From NCBI GenBank assembly GCA_963851265.1, contig CAWKNZ010000002.1:1248001-1312000 (forward strand): 64,000 nt of DNA. The letters are read 5' to 3'. Positions 11,573-22,383 of this stretch are shown piece after piece. The DNA comes from an uncultured Gemmatimonadales bacterium (GTDB taxonomy: Bacteria > Gemmatimonadota > Gemmatimonadetes > Gemmatimonadales > Gemmatimonadaceae). The position numbers and the translations under genes were made by a program. How positions within the stretch are numbered: the stretch's first letter is position 1; each line of letters begins with the position of its first letter. The notes beneath the pieces are model-generated. The model did not search any database. It saw only the letters and a program-made list of their open reading frames with translations, and was not told the origin of the DNA.

Positions 11573-13837
11573 GTGGGACTCTGGGGGTTGTCGGGCGTCG
11601 GTCACGGCACCGCCGGACCGGTCGAAACGGCCGGCGCGGTGCGCGAGCACGCGCTCCGCGCGGGTGTGGCCGTCTTGCTCGCGGTCATTCTGTACCTGCT
11701 GTTCCCGAGCGCGCCCGTCGCAGTCGCGCCGCTGTACGACGTCGGGACCGTCGCGCCCGAGGCGGTCGTAGCGCCGTTCGCCTTCGACGTGCCGAAGTCC
11801 GCTGCGGCGCTCGCGGGCGAGCGCGCGGACGCCGCGAAGGCCGTGCCGCCCGTGTTCGTCCGCCGTCCCGAAGGACTCGACACCGCGCTCGTACGCCTCG
11901 CCGCGCTCGATTCGGCGCTCGCCCGGCCCGCCGAGGCCGACGCGCGTCTCGCCGCGGACGGTTTCCGGCTCACCGCCGGCGAGCTCGCGATCGTCAGAGA
12001 TCCGCGCCGGAAAGCGGCGGCGGTCGACACGGCGCGCCAGCTGCTCGAGCAGTGGTTGCCGCGCGGCGTGGCACAGACGAGCGCGCTCCGCGACGTCCGC
12101 GGCGCGATCGCGGTCAGCGCGCCGGGCGGCGCCGGCCACGCGGTTGCGACCGCCGACGCCGACAGCGTCGCGACGTTCGCGACGTTCCTCACGCGCGCGG
12201 TACGAGCCGGCGCGGCCGACCCGGCGTCGACCCTGCGCACGAAGCTGCTGAGCGCCAGCTTCGCCCCCACGCTCGTTCCGGACCGGACGGAAACCGACCG
12301 CCGCCGCACGATCGCCGCGAGCGGCGTGGCGGCTACGCGCGGTGCGGTTCGCGCGGGCGAGCGCATCGTCGGCGCGCGCGAGGTCGTCGGCCGCGACGAG
12401 TACGAACGTCTTCGAGCGCTCCGCGCCCTCGAGGAGCAACGCGGGAGGCGCACGGCGGGCGCCCAGGTCGCGCGCGTGTTCGGTGCGGTGTTACACAACC
12501 TCGTCCTGCTCGCGATCGTGGGCGTCACGCTCTTCCTGTTCCGGCCCGCGCTCTACGCGTCGTTCCGGACCGTGTCGCTCTTCGGGATCGGCTTCGCGCT
12601 CGTCGCGTTGGCCGCCGCCGCGGTCGCGCGCTGGGGCGACGGGCGACCGGAACTCGTCCCGGTCGCGTTCGCCGCGATGCTCTTCAGCACGCTCTTCGAC
12701 GCGCGGATCAGCACGGTCGCGGTCGTACTGCTCTCCATTCTGTTAGGCGGCCAGGGTCCGTTCCGCGGCACGAACGCGACGTTCATCTTCCTCGTCGCGG
12801 GCACGGCCGCGGCGGTGAGCGTGCGCACCGCGCGGCGTCGGAGTCAGGCGTTCGTGCCCGTGCTCGTCGTCGCCGCCGCGTACGCCGTCGCGGCGGTCAC
12901 GCTCGGGCTCGCGCTCGGGTCGTCGTGGGTCGCCGTCGCGATCACGGCTGGAGGCGGCGCCGCAGCCGCGCTCGGGTCGATGGTGGTCGGGATGGCCGTG
13001 CTCCCGCTCGCGGAGGACTTCACCGGGGTGGACACGTACCTGCGCCTCCTCGAGTGGTCGGACCTCAACCGGCCGCTGCTGCGCCGGCTCGCGGTCGAAG
13101 CGCCCGGCACCTTCGCGCATACGATCGCCATGGCCAACCTCGTCGAGTCCGCGTGCAACGCGATCGGCGCCAACGGCCTGCTCGGGCGCGTCGGGACGTA
13201 CTACCACGACATCGGGAAGCTCGAACGCCCGCAGTACTTCGTCGAGAACCAGGGACGCGGGCGGAACCCGCACGACAAGCTGAAACCGTCGGCGAGCGCG
13301 GCGATCATCCGGAGCCACGTGCGCGAGGGCCTCGCCCTCGCCGACGAGTACAAGCTGCCGAACGCCCTGCGATCGTTCATCACGCAGCACCACGGGACCA
13401 ACCGCATCGTCTACTTCTACGAGCGCGCCCGGGAGCGGGGCGACGCGAACCCGACGACCGCGGAGTACGCGTACGGCGGTCCGCTGCCGAACACGGCGGA
13501 GACGGCGGTCTGCATGCTCGCGGACGGCGTCGAGGCGGCCGCGCGCGCACTCCCCGAGCCGACGGCCGACCGTATCCGCGACCTGGTCGAGCGGATCGTG
13601 CAGCAGCGACTCGAGCAGGGGCAGTTGCGAGACGCGCCGCTCACGATGCGGCAGCTCGAAACGGTGAAGGAGGAGTTCGCGCGGGTCCTCCTCGGCATGT
13701 ACCACGGCCGGATCGACTACCCGCCGGCGCCCGCACCCAACGGAACTCCGACCGGGAGCGGCGCGGGTGACCCGCTCGCGCCGGCGTCGCCCTCCGCGCC
13801 CGAGCCGGTCGCGGTCGCCGCGGGCGACCGCGCGTGA
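11573..13837 (+). CDS. 7TM-HD membrane phosphohydrolase (PgpH/YqfF-like); start uncertain
   Basis: Extracellular domain, multi-TM block, APGTFAH, YYHDIGK, FVENQ, HHGT, MLADGVEAA; phoH-X-ybeY context. Confidence 0.9.
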   Translation: MGLWGLSGVGHGTAGPVETAGAVREHALRAGVAVLLAVILYLLFPSAPVAVAPLYDVGTVAPEAVVAPFAFDVPKSAAALAGERADAAKAVPPVFVRRPEGLDTALVRLAALDSALARPAEADARLAADGFRLTAGELAIVRDPRRKAAAVDTARQLLEQWLPRGVAQTSALRDVRGAIAVSAPGGAGHAVATADADSVATFATFLTRAVRAGAADPASTLRTKLLSASFAPTLVPDRTETDRRRTIAASGVAATRGAVRAGERIVGAREVVGRDEYERLRALRALEEQRGRRTAGAQVARVFGAVLHNLVLLAIVGVTLFLFRPALYASFRTVSLFGIGFALVALAAAAVARWGDGRPELVPVAFAAMLFSTLFDARISTVAVVLLSILLGGQGPFRGTNATFIFLVAGTAAAVSVRTARRRSQAFVPVLVVAAAYAVAAVTLGLALGSSWVAVAITAGGGAAAALGSMVVGMAVLPLAEDFTGVDTYLRLLEWSDLNRPLLRRLAVEAPGTFAHTIAMANLVESACNAIGANGLLGRVGTYYHDIGKLERPQYFVENQGRGRNPHDKLKPSASAAIIRSHVREGLALADEYKLPNALRSFITQHHGTNRIVYFYERARERGDANPTTAEYAYGGPLPNTAETAVCMLADGVEAAARALPEPTADRIRDLVERIVQQRLEQGQLRDAPLTMRQLETVKEEFARVLLGMYHGRIDYPPAPAPNGTPTGSGAGDPLAPASPSAPEPVAVAAGDRA

Positions 13838-14289
13838 GCGTCGAGGTGCACGTCACGGCCGAGGGCGTTCGCGTGCCCGTCGCCCTGGCGCGCGTCGACG
13901 CGCTCGCGCGCGCGGTGTTGCGCGGCGAGCGGGTGCGCGATGCCGCGCTGTCGTTCACGTTCGTGACGCGCCGCGCGATCGCCGGGCTCAACCGTCGCCA
14001 CCTCGGGCACCGCGGTCCGACCGACATCATCACGTTCGAGCTCGCGGGCGCGCCGGGCGTTCCGCTGGGCGGCGACATCTACATCTCGCCCGAAGTCGCG
14101 CGCGAGCACGCCGTCGCGTTCGGGCGCCCGGTTCGTGAGGAACTCGCACGCGTGGTCGTCCACGGAACGCTGCACGCGATCGGTTACACGCACCCGGAGG
14201 ACGCCGGGCGCGAGGCGTCGTCGATGTGGGCGCGCCAGGAGCGCTACCTCGCCCGGTTCCATCGCAGCAGCGCCGGAGCGCGCGCGTGA
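13834..14289 (+). CDS. ybeY: rRNA maturation endoribonuclease YbeY
   Basis: PTDIITF, GDIYIS, HGTLHAIGYTH. Confidence 0.93.
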   Translation: MSVEVHVTAEGVRVPVALARVDALARAVLRGERVRDAALSFTFVTRRAIAGLNRRHLGHRGPTDIITFELAGAPGVPLGGDIYISPEVAREHAVAFGRPVREELARVVVHGTLHAIGYTHPEDAGREASSMWARQERYLARFHRSSAGARA

Positions 14290-15560
14290 TCCTGCTGCTG
14301 GTCGCCTGCGGGGCCCTCGCCCTCGGCGCGGCGTTCGCGTGCGGGCGCGCGCTCGCGGTGCTCCGACACGTGCACAGCGACACCCCTCCCGCGAGCCGCG
14401 TCGAGGCGGACGCGCGACTCTACCGCGCGCTCGGCGTCACGCGGCTCGCGGCGCACACCATCGCGGGCGCCACGGTGGCCCGCGCCGGTGCCGACGCGGA
14501 GCTCGGGTCCGGCGGGTTCGCGCTCCTCATGGCGGCAGGCGCGATCGCGAGCGCGTACGCCGAACTCGCCGGCCGTGAGGCCGGAGACGCAGCCGCGGCC
14601 GCGCGCGCGAACGCCGAGGCAGGGGCGCGGCGCGTCGCGCGGCTCGGCCGGATCGCGGTCGCGCCCTGGGTCGTGCTCACGGACGCGCTCGACGGAGCAC
14701 TCGCGCGCATGTTGCCCGCGACCGACGTCGACGACGCGGCCCGGGACGAGGCGACGGAGCAGTTCCGCGAGATCGTGACCGCCGAGGCCCAGGTCGGGGC
14801 CGGCGAACGCGCGTTCCTCGCGGGCGCGTTCGCGCTCAACGACACGCCGGTGTCCGACGTGATGGTGCCTCGCGTTGACGTCGTCGGCGTGCCACACGAT
14901 GCGCCATGGGCCGAGGTCGTCGCGCGCGTGCGCAGCGCGCGGCACTCCCGACTCCCGGTGTACGACGAAACGATCGACAACGTGGTGGGCGTGATCTACG
15001 CGAAGGACCTGCTCCCCGCGATCGTCGCCGACGAGCCGCCCGAACGGTGGGACCGTCTCGTGCGTGCGACGAGCTTCATTCCGACGACGAACCGGGTCGA
15101 CGACCAACTTCGTGACTTCCGCGCGTCGCGCAACCATTTCGCCGTCGTCGTCGACGAGTACGGCGGAACCGCCGGGATCGTCACGATCGAAGACCTCCTC
15201 GAGGAGATCGTCGGCGAGATTCGAGACGAGCGCGACGACGAGACGCCGCCCATCGAGTCGGAAGGGGCGGATCGCTTCTGGGTCTCGGCGCGGCTCACGC
15301 TCTCCGAGCTGTCCGAAGCGATCGGCTACCCCGTCGAGCACGACGAGGTGTCGACCGTCGGCGGGCTCGTCTACGAGTTGCTCGGTCGCGTCCCGCGCAA
15401 CGGCGAGCGGCTGACCATCGGGCCGTTCCGGGTCGTCGTCGAACGCGTGGTGCGGCGGCGCATCCAGCGCGTGTACTTCGAGCGACAGCGCGAAAGCGCG
15501 GCCGCGGCCGAGGCTGGCGTGGCCGTCGCCGCGACGACGGCCGACGACGCGGGCGCATGA
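14286..15560 (+). CDS. Hemolysin/CorC-like protein (membrane region, CBS pair, CorC_HlyC domain)
   Basis: DVMVPR, HSRLPVY, VVDEYGGTAGIVTIEDLLEEIVGEI, TVGGLV; GTGA overlap start. Confidence 0.88.
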   Translation: MILLLVACGALALGAAFACGRALAVLRHVHSDTPPASRVEADARLYRALGVTRLAAHTIAGATVARAGADAELGSGGFALLMAAGAIASAYAELAGREAGDAAAAARANAEAGARRVARLGRIAVAPWVVLTDALDGALARMLPATDVDDAARDEATEQFREIVTAEAQVGAGERAFLAGAFALNDTPVSDVMVPRVDVVGVPHDAPWAEVVARVRSARHSRLPVYDETIDNVVGVIYAKDLLPAIVADEPPERWDRLVRATSFIPTTNRVDDQLRDFRASRNHFAVVVDEYGGTAGIVTIEDLLEEIVGEIRDERDDETPPIESEGADRFWVSARLTLSELSEAIGYPVEHDEVSTVGGLVYELLGRVPRNGERLTIGPFRVVVERVVRRRIQRVYFERQRESAAAAEAGVAVAATTADDAGA

Positions 15561-16531
15561 CCGGTCTGGTCGTCACGATCTGTGTGGTCGTCGTCGCGCT
15601 GTGCAGCGGCGGTGCGTTCGCGCTACGGATGGTGAGTCGTATCTGGCTCCGGCACCTGCTCGAGCGGCATCCGACGGGCGCGGGCGTCGCCGAGCAGTAC
15701 CTGTCGCGGCCGCAGCGGTTGCACGCGGCCGCTGGCGGCGCGACGGCGATCGCGGCGTTCACCGCGGGCTCGCTGGCCGGCGGTGGCGGTAGCGCGCTCG
15801 GCGCGTTACTCGGCGTCATCGGCGCGTTCACCGCGCTGTGCGTGTTCGGGATGGCGATTCCGCGCGGGCTGGCGCGACGGTTTCCGACGCACGCGGTCCC
15901 GATCGGCCTGCCGGTCCTGCGCGCGGCCGACGTCGTCCTCGCCCCCGTCCGCGCGCTTGCCGAACGCACCCTGGGTGCGGCGGCGCGGCCGGGTGTGACG
16001 CCAGAACCGTCGGCGCTCGCGCATTCCGAGCTGGACGACGTGTTGCGCGAGGGCCGGCTTGAAGGCGTCGGCGACGAGACGGAGCTCGCGATCATCAGCG
16101 GCGTGGTGCAGTTCGGCGGCAAGCGCGCACGCGACGTGCTGACGCCGCGCGCGCAGCTGTTCGCGATCGACGTCGCCGCTCCGCCTGCCGAGATCGCGCG
16201 GGCCGTCGCGGCGTCCGGGTACAGCCGCGTGCCGGTCTACCGCGGCGCGCTCGACGACATCGTCGGCGTGGTGCTCGCGTTCGACGTCCTGCAGACCGGC
16301 GCGGATCAGCCGCCGTCGGTGCACCCCGTCTTCGCGACCACGCCCGACGTGCCGTGCACCGAGCTGCTCGCCCGCATGCTCCGGGCGGGGCTGCACCTCG
16401 CCGTCGTTCGCGACGCGGCGGGCGTGACAGAGGGCATCGTGACGCTGGAGGATTTGCTCGAGGAACTCGTCGGCGACATCCGCGACGAGCACGACGAGCC
16501 CGGGCCGCCCGAGGACAACGCGATCGCTTGA
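15557..16531 (+). CDS. CNNM/CBS-domain membrane protein
   Basis: TM N-terminus, DVLTPR, GYSRVPVY, GIVTLEDLLEELVGDI. Confidence 0.85.
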   Translation: MTGLVVTICVVVVALCSGGAFALRMVSRIWLRHLLERHPTGAGVAEQYLSRPQRLHAAAGGATAIAAFTAGSLAGGGGSALGALLGVIGAFTALCVFGMAIPRGLARRFPTHAVPIGLPVLRAADVVLAPVRALAERTLGAAARPGVTPEPSALAHSELDDVLREGRLEGVGDETELAIISGVVQFGGKRARDVLTPRAQLFAIDVAAPPAEIARAVAASGYSRVPVYRGALDDIVGVVLAFDVLQTGADQPPSVHPVFATTPDVPCTELLARMLRAGLHLAVVRDAAGVTEGIVTLEDLLEELVGDIRDEHDEPGPPEDNAIA

Positions 16532-16554
16532 CGGGGTGCGTTAGCTTCGCTCGC

Positions 16555-17715
16555 ATGACTTCGCCCGTCGCGACGCGCACCGACCCGATCGCCCGCGTGC
16601 TGGCCGACCTCGACGCGGGCCGCACCGCGGCCGTCGCCCGTGCGGTCAGCATCGTCGAGAACCACCGGCCCGGGTTCGACCGCCTGCTCGCCGCGCTTCA
16701 CCCGCGGCTCGGACGCGCGGAGCGCGTCGGCATCACGGGTCCGCCCGGGGCGGGGAAGAGCACCCTCACCACCGCGCTCGCGCGCGCGCTGCGCGCCGCG
16801 GGCAAGCGCGTCGGCATCGTGGCCGTCGACCCGACGTCGCCGTTCACCGGCGGCGCACTCCTCGGCGACCGGGTGCGGATGGAGGCGGTCGCGCTCGACC
16901 CGGGCGTGTACATCCGCTCGCTCGCGACGCGCGGATCGTTAGGCGGCCTGTCGAGCGCGGCGCGCGAGGTCTGCGACGTGCTCGACGGCGCGGGGTTCGA
17001 CGTGATCCTGCTCGAAACCGTCGGCGTCGGGCAGAGCGAGCTCGACGTCTCACACGCGGCCGATACCACGCTCGTCGTGCTGGTCCCAGAGAGCGGCGAC
17101 TCGATCCAGACGCTGAAGGCGGGCGTGATGGAGATCGCCGACGTGTTCTGCGTGAACAAGGCGGACCGTCCTGGCGCCGACCGCCTCCGCAACGACATCG
17201 AGCTGATGCTCGGCCTCCGCCGCGGCGGCACGGGCGAGGCACCCGGGATCATGGGCGGCCATCACGGCATCGATCTCGCCGCCCTCGCCGAGGACCCGGC
17301 GCACCGCGACCACGTCCGCGATCTGCTCAATCCGGCGCGCGCCGCGCGGCGGGCGGCCGGGGGCGACGGCGACGGCCCGTGGACGCCGCCGGTACTGCGC
17401 AGCGTGGCGTCGAAGGGTGAAGGGGTCGACGAGGTTCTGGACGCTCTGGCGCGGCACCGGCGCTATCTTGAAGCCAGCGGCCAACTTGCAGAACGGCGGC
17501 GGGCGCGGTTCCGCGAGCGGGTCGTCGAGATCACGGAAGAGAAGTTGCGTCGTCGGTTGTGGACCGACGCCGACACGACGGCCTGGCTCGACGGCCAGTT
17601 GCCGTCGGTCCAGGCCGGCGACGCGACACCTTTCGCGGTCGCCGACGCGCTCATCGCGCGGAGCGGCACGCTGCTGGGCGGCGCGGCAGGCCGGGCGGCG
17701 CGCGGCGACGTCTGA
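16555..17715 (+). CDS. meaB: B12-mutase-associated GTPase chaperone (MeaB/ArgK family)
   Basis: [46 protein letters not shown]. Confidence 0.93.
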   Translation: MTSPVATRTDPIARVLADLDAGRTAAVARAVSIVENHRPGFDRLLAALHPRLGRAERVGITGPPGAGKSTLTTALARALRAAGKRVGIVAVDPTSPFTGGALLGDRVRMEAVALDPGVYIRSLATRGSLGGLSSAAREVCDVLDGAGFDVILLETVGVGQSELDVSHAADTTLVVLVPESGDSIQTLKAGVMEIADVFCVNKADRPGADRLRNDIELMLGLRRGGTGEAPGIMGGHHGIDLAALAEDPAHRDHVRDLLNPARAARRAAGGDGDGPWTPPVLRSVASKGEGVDEVLDALARHRRYLEASGQLAERRRARFRERVVEITEEKLRRRLWTDADTTAWLDGQLPSVQAGDATPFAVADALIARSGTLLGGAAGRAARGDV

Positions 17716-17743
17716 CAACGAGCTCGGGCTCGACACGGAGACC

Positions 17744-19438
17744 ATGACCATGGCGACAGCACAGGAACTCGAAACCGCCGTCCGCGACCGCGACGACGAG
17801 ATCGCGCGGCTTCGGGCCGAGGTCGACGCGTGGCGCGCGCGCTACGCGAAGGGCGTCGTGCGCGACGTCGCGTACACCAACTCCGCCGACGAGGTCGAGC
17901 CGCTGTACACCGCCCTCGACGCGGGCGAGCGCGTCGACGCGGAGGTGCCCGGCGCGTACCCGTTCACGCGCGGCATCCACCCGACCGGCTACCGCGGCAA
18001 GCTGTGGACGATGCGGCAGTTCGCCGGCTTCTCGACGGCGCGCGAGACGAACGAGCGCTTCAAGTTCCTGCTCGCACAGGGGCAGACCGGGCTCTCGGTC
18101 GCGTTCGACTTCCCGACGTTGATGGGCTACGACTCCGACCACCCGCGGTCGGAGGGCGAGGTGGGCAAGTGTGGCGTCGCGATCTCGTCGCTCGCCGACA
18201 TGGAGACGCTGATGGCCGGCATCCCGTTAGGCCGAGTCTCGACGTCGATGACGATCAACGGTCCGGCGATCATCCTGTTCTGCTTCTACGCCGCCGCGGC
18301 CGAGAAGCAGGGCGTGCCCCTCGCGGCCATCCAGGGGACGGTCCAGAACGACATCCTCAAGGAGTACATGGCGCAGCACGCGTGGTGCTTTCCGATCGAG
18401 CCCGCGCTCCGCCTCGTCGTCGACATGTTCGAGTGGTGCTCGGCGAACACGCCGAAGTGGAACACGATCTCCATCTCGGGCTACCACATCCGCGAGGCCG
18501 GGAGCACGGCCGCGCAGGAGCTCGCCTTCACGCTCGCGGACGGCCTGACGTACGTGGAGCGCGGCATCGCGCGCGGCCTGAAGGTCGACGATTTCGCGCC
18601 GCGCCTGTCGTTCTTCTGGGACGTCCACAACGACCTGTTCGAGGAGGTCGCGAAGCTGCGCGCGGCGCGCCGGATCTGGGCGCGGCGGATGCGCGACGTG
18701 TACGGCGCGAAGGATCCGCGCTCGTGGATGCTGCGCTTCCACTCGCAGACGGCCGGCGTGACGCTCACCGCACAGCAGCCCGTCAACAACGTCGTGCGCG
18801 TCGCGTACCAGGGGCTCGCCGCCGTCCTCGGCGGCACGCAGTCGCTGCACACGAACTCGATGGACGAGACGCTCGCGCTTCCGACCGAAGAGGCGGTGCA
18901 GGTCGCGCTGCGGACGCAGCAAATCCTCGCGTACGAGACCGGCGTCCCGAACGTGATGGACCCGCTTGGCGGGTCGTATTACGTCGAAGCGCTTACCGAC
19001 CGCCTCGAAGCGGACGCCGAGCGGCTGTTCGAGGAGATCGAAGCGCAGGGCGGGGTCGTCGCGGGGCTCGAGGCCGGGTGGTTCCAGCGGCGGATCGCCG
19101 AGAGCGCGGCGCGTCAGCAGTGGGAGTTCGAGCAGCGGCGCAAACTCATCGTCGGCGTGAACGAATTCGTGACCGACGAGCCCGAACTCGGGATTCCGCT
19201 GTTGAGGATCGGCGAGGACGCCGAGCGCGAGCAGCGCGAGAGCATGGCTCGCATGCGGGCGTCGCGGGACAACGCGCTCGTCGCGGCGCGTCTCGACGCG
19301 CTGCGCGAGGCGGCGCGCGGGACGACGAACGTGGTGCCGCTCATTCTGGACTGCGCGCGGGCGTACTGCACGCTGTATGAGATCCGCGCGGCGCTTGAGG
19401 ACGTGTTCGGCGCTTACCGCGAGCCGGTGTTCTTCTAA
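17744..19438 (+). CDS. Acyl-CoA mutase large (substrate-binding) subunit, methylmalonyl-CoA mutase family; isobutyryl-CoA mutase-type residues
   Basis: [51 protein letters not shown]; no B12-binding domain. Confidence 0.93.
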   Translation: MTMATAQELETAVRDRDDEIARLRAEVDAWRARYAKGVVRDVAYTNSADEVEPLYTALDAGERVDAEVPGAYPFTRGIHPTGYRGKLWTMRQFAGFSTARETNERFKFLLAQGQTGLSVAFDFPTLMGYDSDHPRSEGEVGKCGVAISSLADMETLMAGIPLGRVSTSMTINGPAIILFCFYAAAAEKQGVPLAAIQGTVQNDILKEYMAQHAWCFPIEPALRLVVDMFEWCSANTPKWNTISISGYHIREAGSTAAQELAFTLADGLTYVERGIARGLKVDDFAPRLSFFWDVHNDLFEEVAKLRAARRIWARRMRDVYGAKDPRSWMLRFHSQTAGVTLTAQQPVNNVVRVAYQGLAAVLGGTQSLHTNSMDETLALPTEEAVQVALRTQQILAYETGVPNVMDPLGGSYYVEALTDRLEADAERLFEEIEAQGGVVAGLEAGWFQRRIAESAARQQWEFEQRRKLIVGVNEFVTDEPELGIPLLRIGEDAEREQRESMARMRASRDNALVAARLDALREAARGTTNVVPLILDCARAYCTLYEIRAALEDVFGAYREPVFF

Positions 19439-19457
19439 GCGCGCCGGCGCCGCCGAC

Positions 19458-20252
19458 ATGCCGCCTTCGAAATCGCGTTCCGCGCCCAAGCCGCCGGGCA
19501 CCGCCGACTGGTGGGCGACGTATTTCGACGCGCACTACCTCACCGAGTACGAGCCGCTCTTTACCGAGGCGCGCGACCGTCGAGAGGTGGCGCGCCTCGT
19601 CGATCTGCTCGCGTTGCCGGCGGGCGCGCGCGTCCTCGATTGCCCGTGCGGGCAGGGCCGCCACGCGCACCTGCTCGCGAACGCCGGCTACGACGTCGAC
19701 GGCCTGGATTACTCGGCGGACCTGCTCGCGCAGGCCACCGCGCGCGGCACGAGTCCGTCGCTTCGGTTCACGCGCGGCGACATGCGCAAGCTCCCGGCGC
19801 GCTGGACGGGCCGGTTCGACGCGGTCGCGAACCTCTTCACGTCGTTCGGCTTCTTCCTCGATCCCTCCGACGACGCGCGAGTCGTCGCGGAGTTCGCGCG
19901 CGTGCTCAAGCCCGGCGGCGTGCTCGTGTGGCACGGCGGCAGCCGCGACGGCGTGATGGCCCGCTTCCTCGACCGTGACTGGTGGCGTTCGGAGACCGGC
20001 ACGATGATCGGGCACGAGCGATCGTTCGACGCGCTCTCCGGCGTGCTCACCGTCCGGACGTCGTGGCAGGGCCCCGACGGCGGCGGGGAGCGCGAACATC
20101 GCATCCGCCTCTACACTGCCACGCGCCTCGCGGAACTCTGCGCCGCCGCGGGGCTTATCGTCGAGCAGGCGTACGACGGATGGCGCGACCGACCGCTGCG
20201 GCGGCGGTCGTCCGAGATGCTCCTCGTCGCGCGTCGCGAGGACGCGGGCTAG
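19458..20252 (+). CDS. Class I SAM-dependent methyltransferase
   Basis: VLDCPCGQGRH, GLDYS, GDMR, NLFTSFGFF, LKPGG. Confidence 0.88.
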   Translation: MPPSKSRSAPKPPGTADWWATYFDAHYLTEYEPLFTEARDRREVARLVDLLALPAGARVLDCPCGQGRHAHLLANAGYDVDGLDYSADLLAQATARGTSPSLRFTRGDMRKLPARWTGRFDAVANLFTSFGFFLDPSDDARVVAEFARVLKPGGVLVWHGGSRDGVMARFLDRDWWRSETGTMIGHERSFDALSGVLTVRTSWQGPDGGGEREHRIRLYTATRLAELCAAAGLIVEQAYDGWRDRPLRRRSSEMLLVARREDAG

Positions 20253-20264
20253 CTTCTGCAACTT

Positions 20265-20702
20265 ATGACGCGCCCCATCCGAGTACTCGTCGCCAAGCCC
20301 GGTCTCGACGGCCACGACCGCGGCGCCAAGGTTGTCGCGGCCGCGCTACGCGACGCGGGCATGGAGGTCATCTACACGGGCCTGCACCAGACGCCCGAGA
20401 TGATCGCCACGGCGGCCGTGCAGGAGGACGTCGACGTGGTCGGTCTGTCGATCCTCAGCGGCGCGCACATGACGCTGTTCCCGCGCGTGCTCGACCTCCT
20501 GCGCGCCGAGGGGCGCGACGACGTGCTGCTCACCGGCGGCGGGATCATGCCCAAGGAGGACGTCGAGCGGCTCCGTGCGTTAGGCGTCGGCGAGCTGTTC
20601 GGCCCGGGGACCCCGACGAGCGCGCTCGTCGACTACATCAAGCGCTGGTTCTCGGAGCGCGAGGCGGCGGAGTCCCGCGAGGCGAGCGAGGCGGGGGCGT
20701 GA
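20265..20702 (+). CDS. Cobalamin-binding small subunit of the acyl-CoA mutase
   Basis: [15 protein letters not shown] (DxHxxG), [20 protein letters not shown]. Confidence 0.93.
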   Translation: MTRPIRVLVAKPGLDGHDRGAKVVAAALRDAGMEVIYTGLHQTPEMIATAAVQEDVDVVGLSILSGAHMTLFPRVLDLLRAEGRDDVLLTGGGIMPKEDVERLRALGVGELFGPGTPTSALVDYIKRWFSEREAAESREASEAGA

Positions 20703-22349
20703 CCGCGCCCGCCGCGGCCCGGCCGCACGCGGCCGGCGCCGCGCGCCCGGCCGGCCGCCTGCGCGTACTGGCCGACGAGGTGCGTGCGCTCGAGGCGCGG
20801 CTGCGCGAGGGCGGCGGACGCGACCGGGCCGCGCGCCAGCACCAGCAGGGGAAGCTGACCGCGCGCGAGCGCGTCGTCGAGACTCTGCGACGCCGGCGCG
20901 CCCTTCGTCGAGATCGGCCTGCTCGTCGCGTACGACGAGTACGACGGCCAGGCGCCGGGCGCGGGCGTCGTCACCGGGCTCGGGGTGGTGCACGGTCGCG
21001 AAGTCGTCGTGGTCGCGAACGACGCCACCGTGAAGGCGGGCTCGTGGTGGCCCGAGACCATCAAGAAGATCCTGCGCGCGCAGGAGATCGCGATGCGCTG
21101 CCGCGTGCCGATCGTCTACCTCGTCGACTCGGCCGGCGTGAACCTGCCATACCAGGGCGGCGTGTTCCCTGGGCAGTACGGCGCGGCGCGGATCTTCTAC
21201 TACAACTCGATCATGCGCCGGTATCTCCGCGTACCGCAGCTGGCTGCGGTGATGGGGCCGTGCATCGCGGGCGGCGCGTACCTCCCGGCGCTGTCGGACG
21301 TCATCGTGATGACGAGGGGTACGTCGTTCATGGGGCTCGGCGGCGCCAATCTCGTCAAGGGCGCGACCGGGCAGACCACCGACAACGAGACGTTAGGCGG
21401 GGCGGTCACGCACACCGAACGCTCGGGCGTGGCACATTACGCGGTCGACGGCGACGAGGCGTGCCTCGACAAGCTGCGCGACCTCGTCGCCCGCCTGCCC
21501 GCCGCGCGCGAGGTGGCCACCGCGCCCGCGCGCGCGCCGGCCGCGCCGCCCGAGTCGCTGTACGACGTGCTGCCCGCCGACCACCGCATGTCGTACGACA
21601 TGCACGACGTGCTGCGCGCCGTGGTCGACGCGGGCGAGTTCGACGAGTTCCAGGGCAACCTCGCGCGCGAGATCATCTGCGCCGACGCGCGCATCGACGG
21701 CATCGCCGTCGGCGTCATCGCCAACCAGCGCGGGCTGATCAAGGGGCGCGCGGGGGAGCGGCCCCGCTTCGGTGGCATCCTCTACGCCGAGAGCGCGGAG
21801 AAGGTCGCGTTCTACATCGACCGGTGCGATCGACAGGGGATCCCGCTCCTCTTCGTGCAGGACGTGTCGGGCTTCATGGTGGGGCCGGACGCCGAGCACG
21901 AGGGGATCATCCGGTCGGGGGCGCGCTTCGTCGAGGCGATGGCGACCGCGCGCGTGCCGAAGCTCGTGCTCACCGTCAACCACGCCTCGGGCGCCGGCTA
22001 CTACGCGATGGCGGGGCAGGGCTTCGACCCCGACTTCATCTTCTCGTGGCCGACCGGACGCATGGGGGTCATGGAAGGCGAGAGTGCCATCCAGGCGGTG
22101 CACGGTCCGACGATCGAAAAGGCGCGCGCCGCGGGGGAGCCGGTCGGGCCCGACGTCGCCGCGTCGATGGACGAGATGCGCGCCGACTACGAGCACCAGC
22201 TAGACGCGCGATACGCCGCGGCGCGCGGGTTCGTCGACGCGATCGTCGCGCCGGAGGACACCCGCGCGGCGCTCGCGCGCGCACTCCGCGCCGCCCTGCA
22301 GAACCCGGGGCCGCACCTCGGCGCGTTCGTGCTTCCGCCCGGCGTGTGA
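20699..22349 (+). CDS. Acyl-CoA carboxylase carboxyltransferase (beta) subunit, with an apparent +1 frameshift near 20880
   Basis: Frame from 20699 gives GGG...[13 protein letters not shown]; the next frame continues [12 protein letters not shown]...[30 protein letters not shown]. Confidence 0.88.
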
Positions 22350-22383
22350 ACGGGGCGCGCGTGCAGACATTTATTGCCAACTC

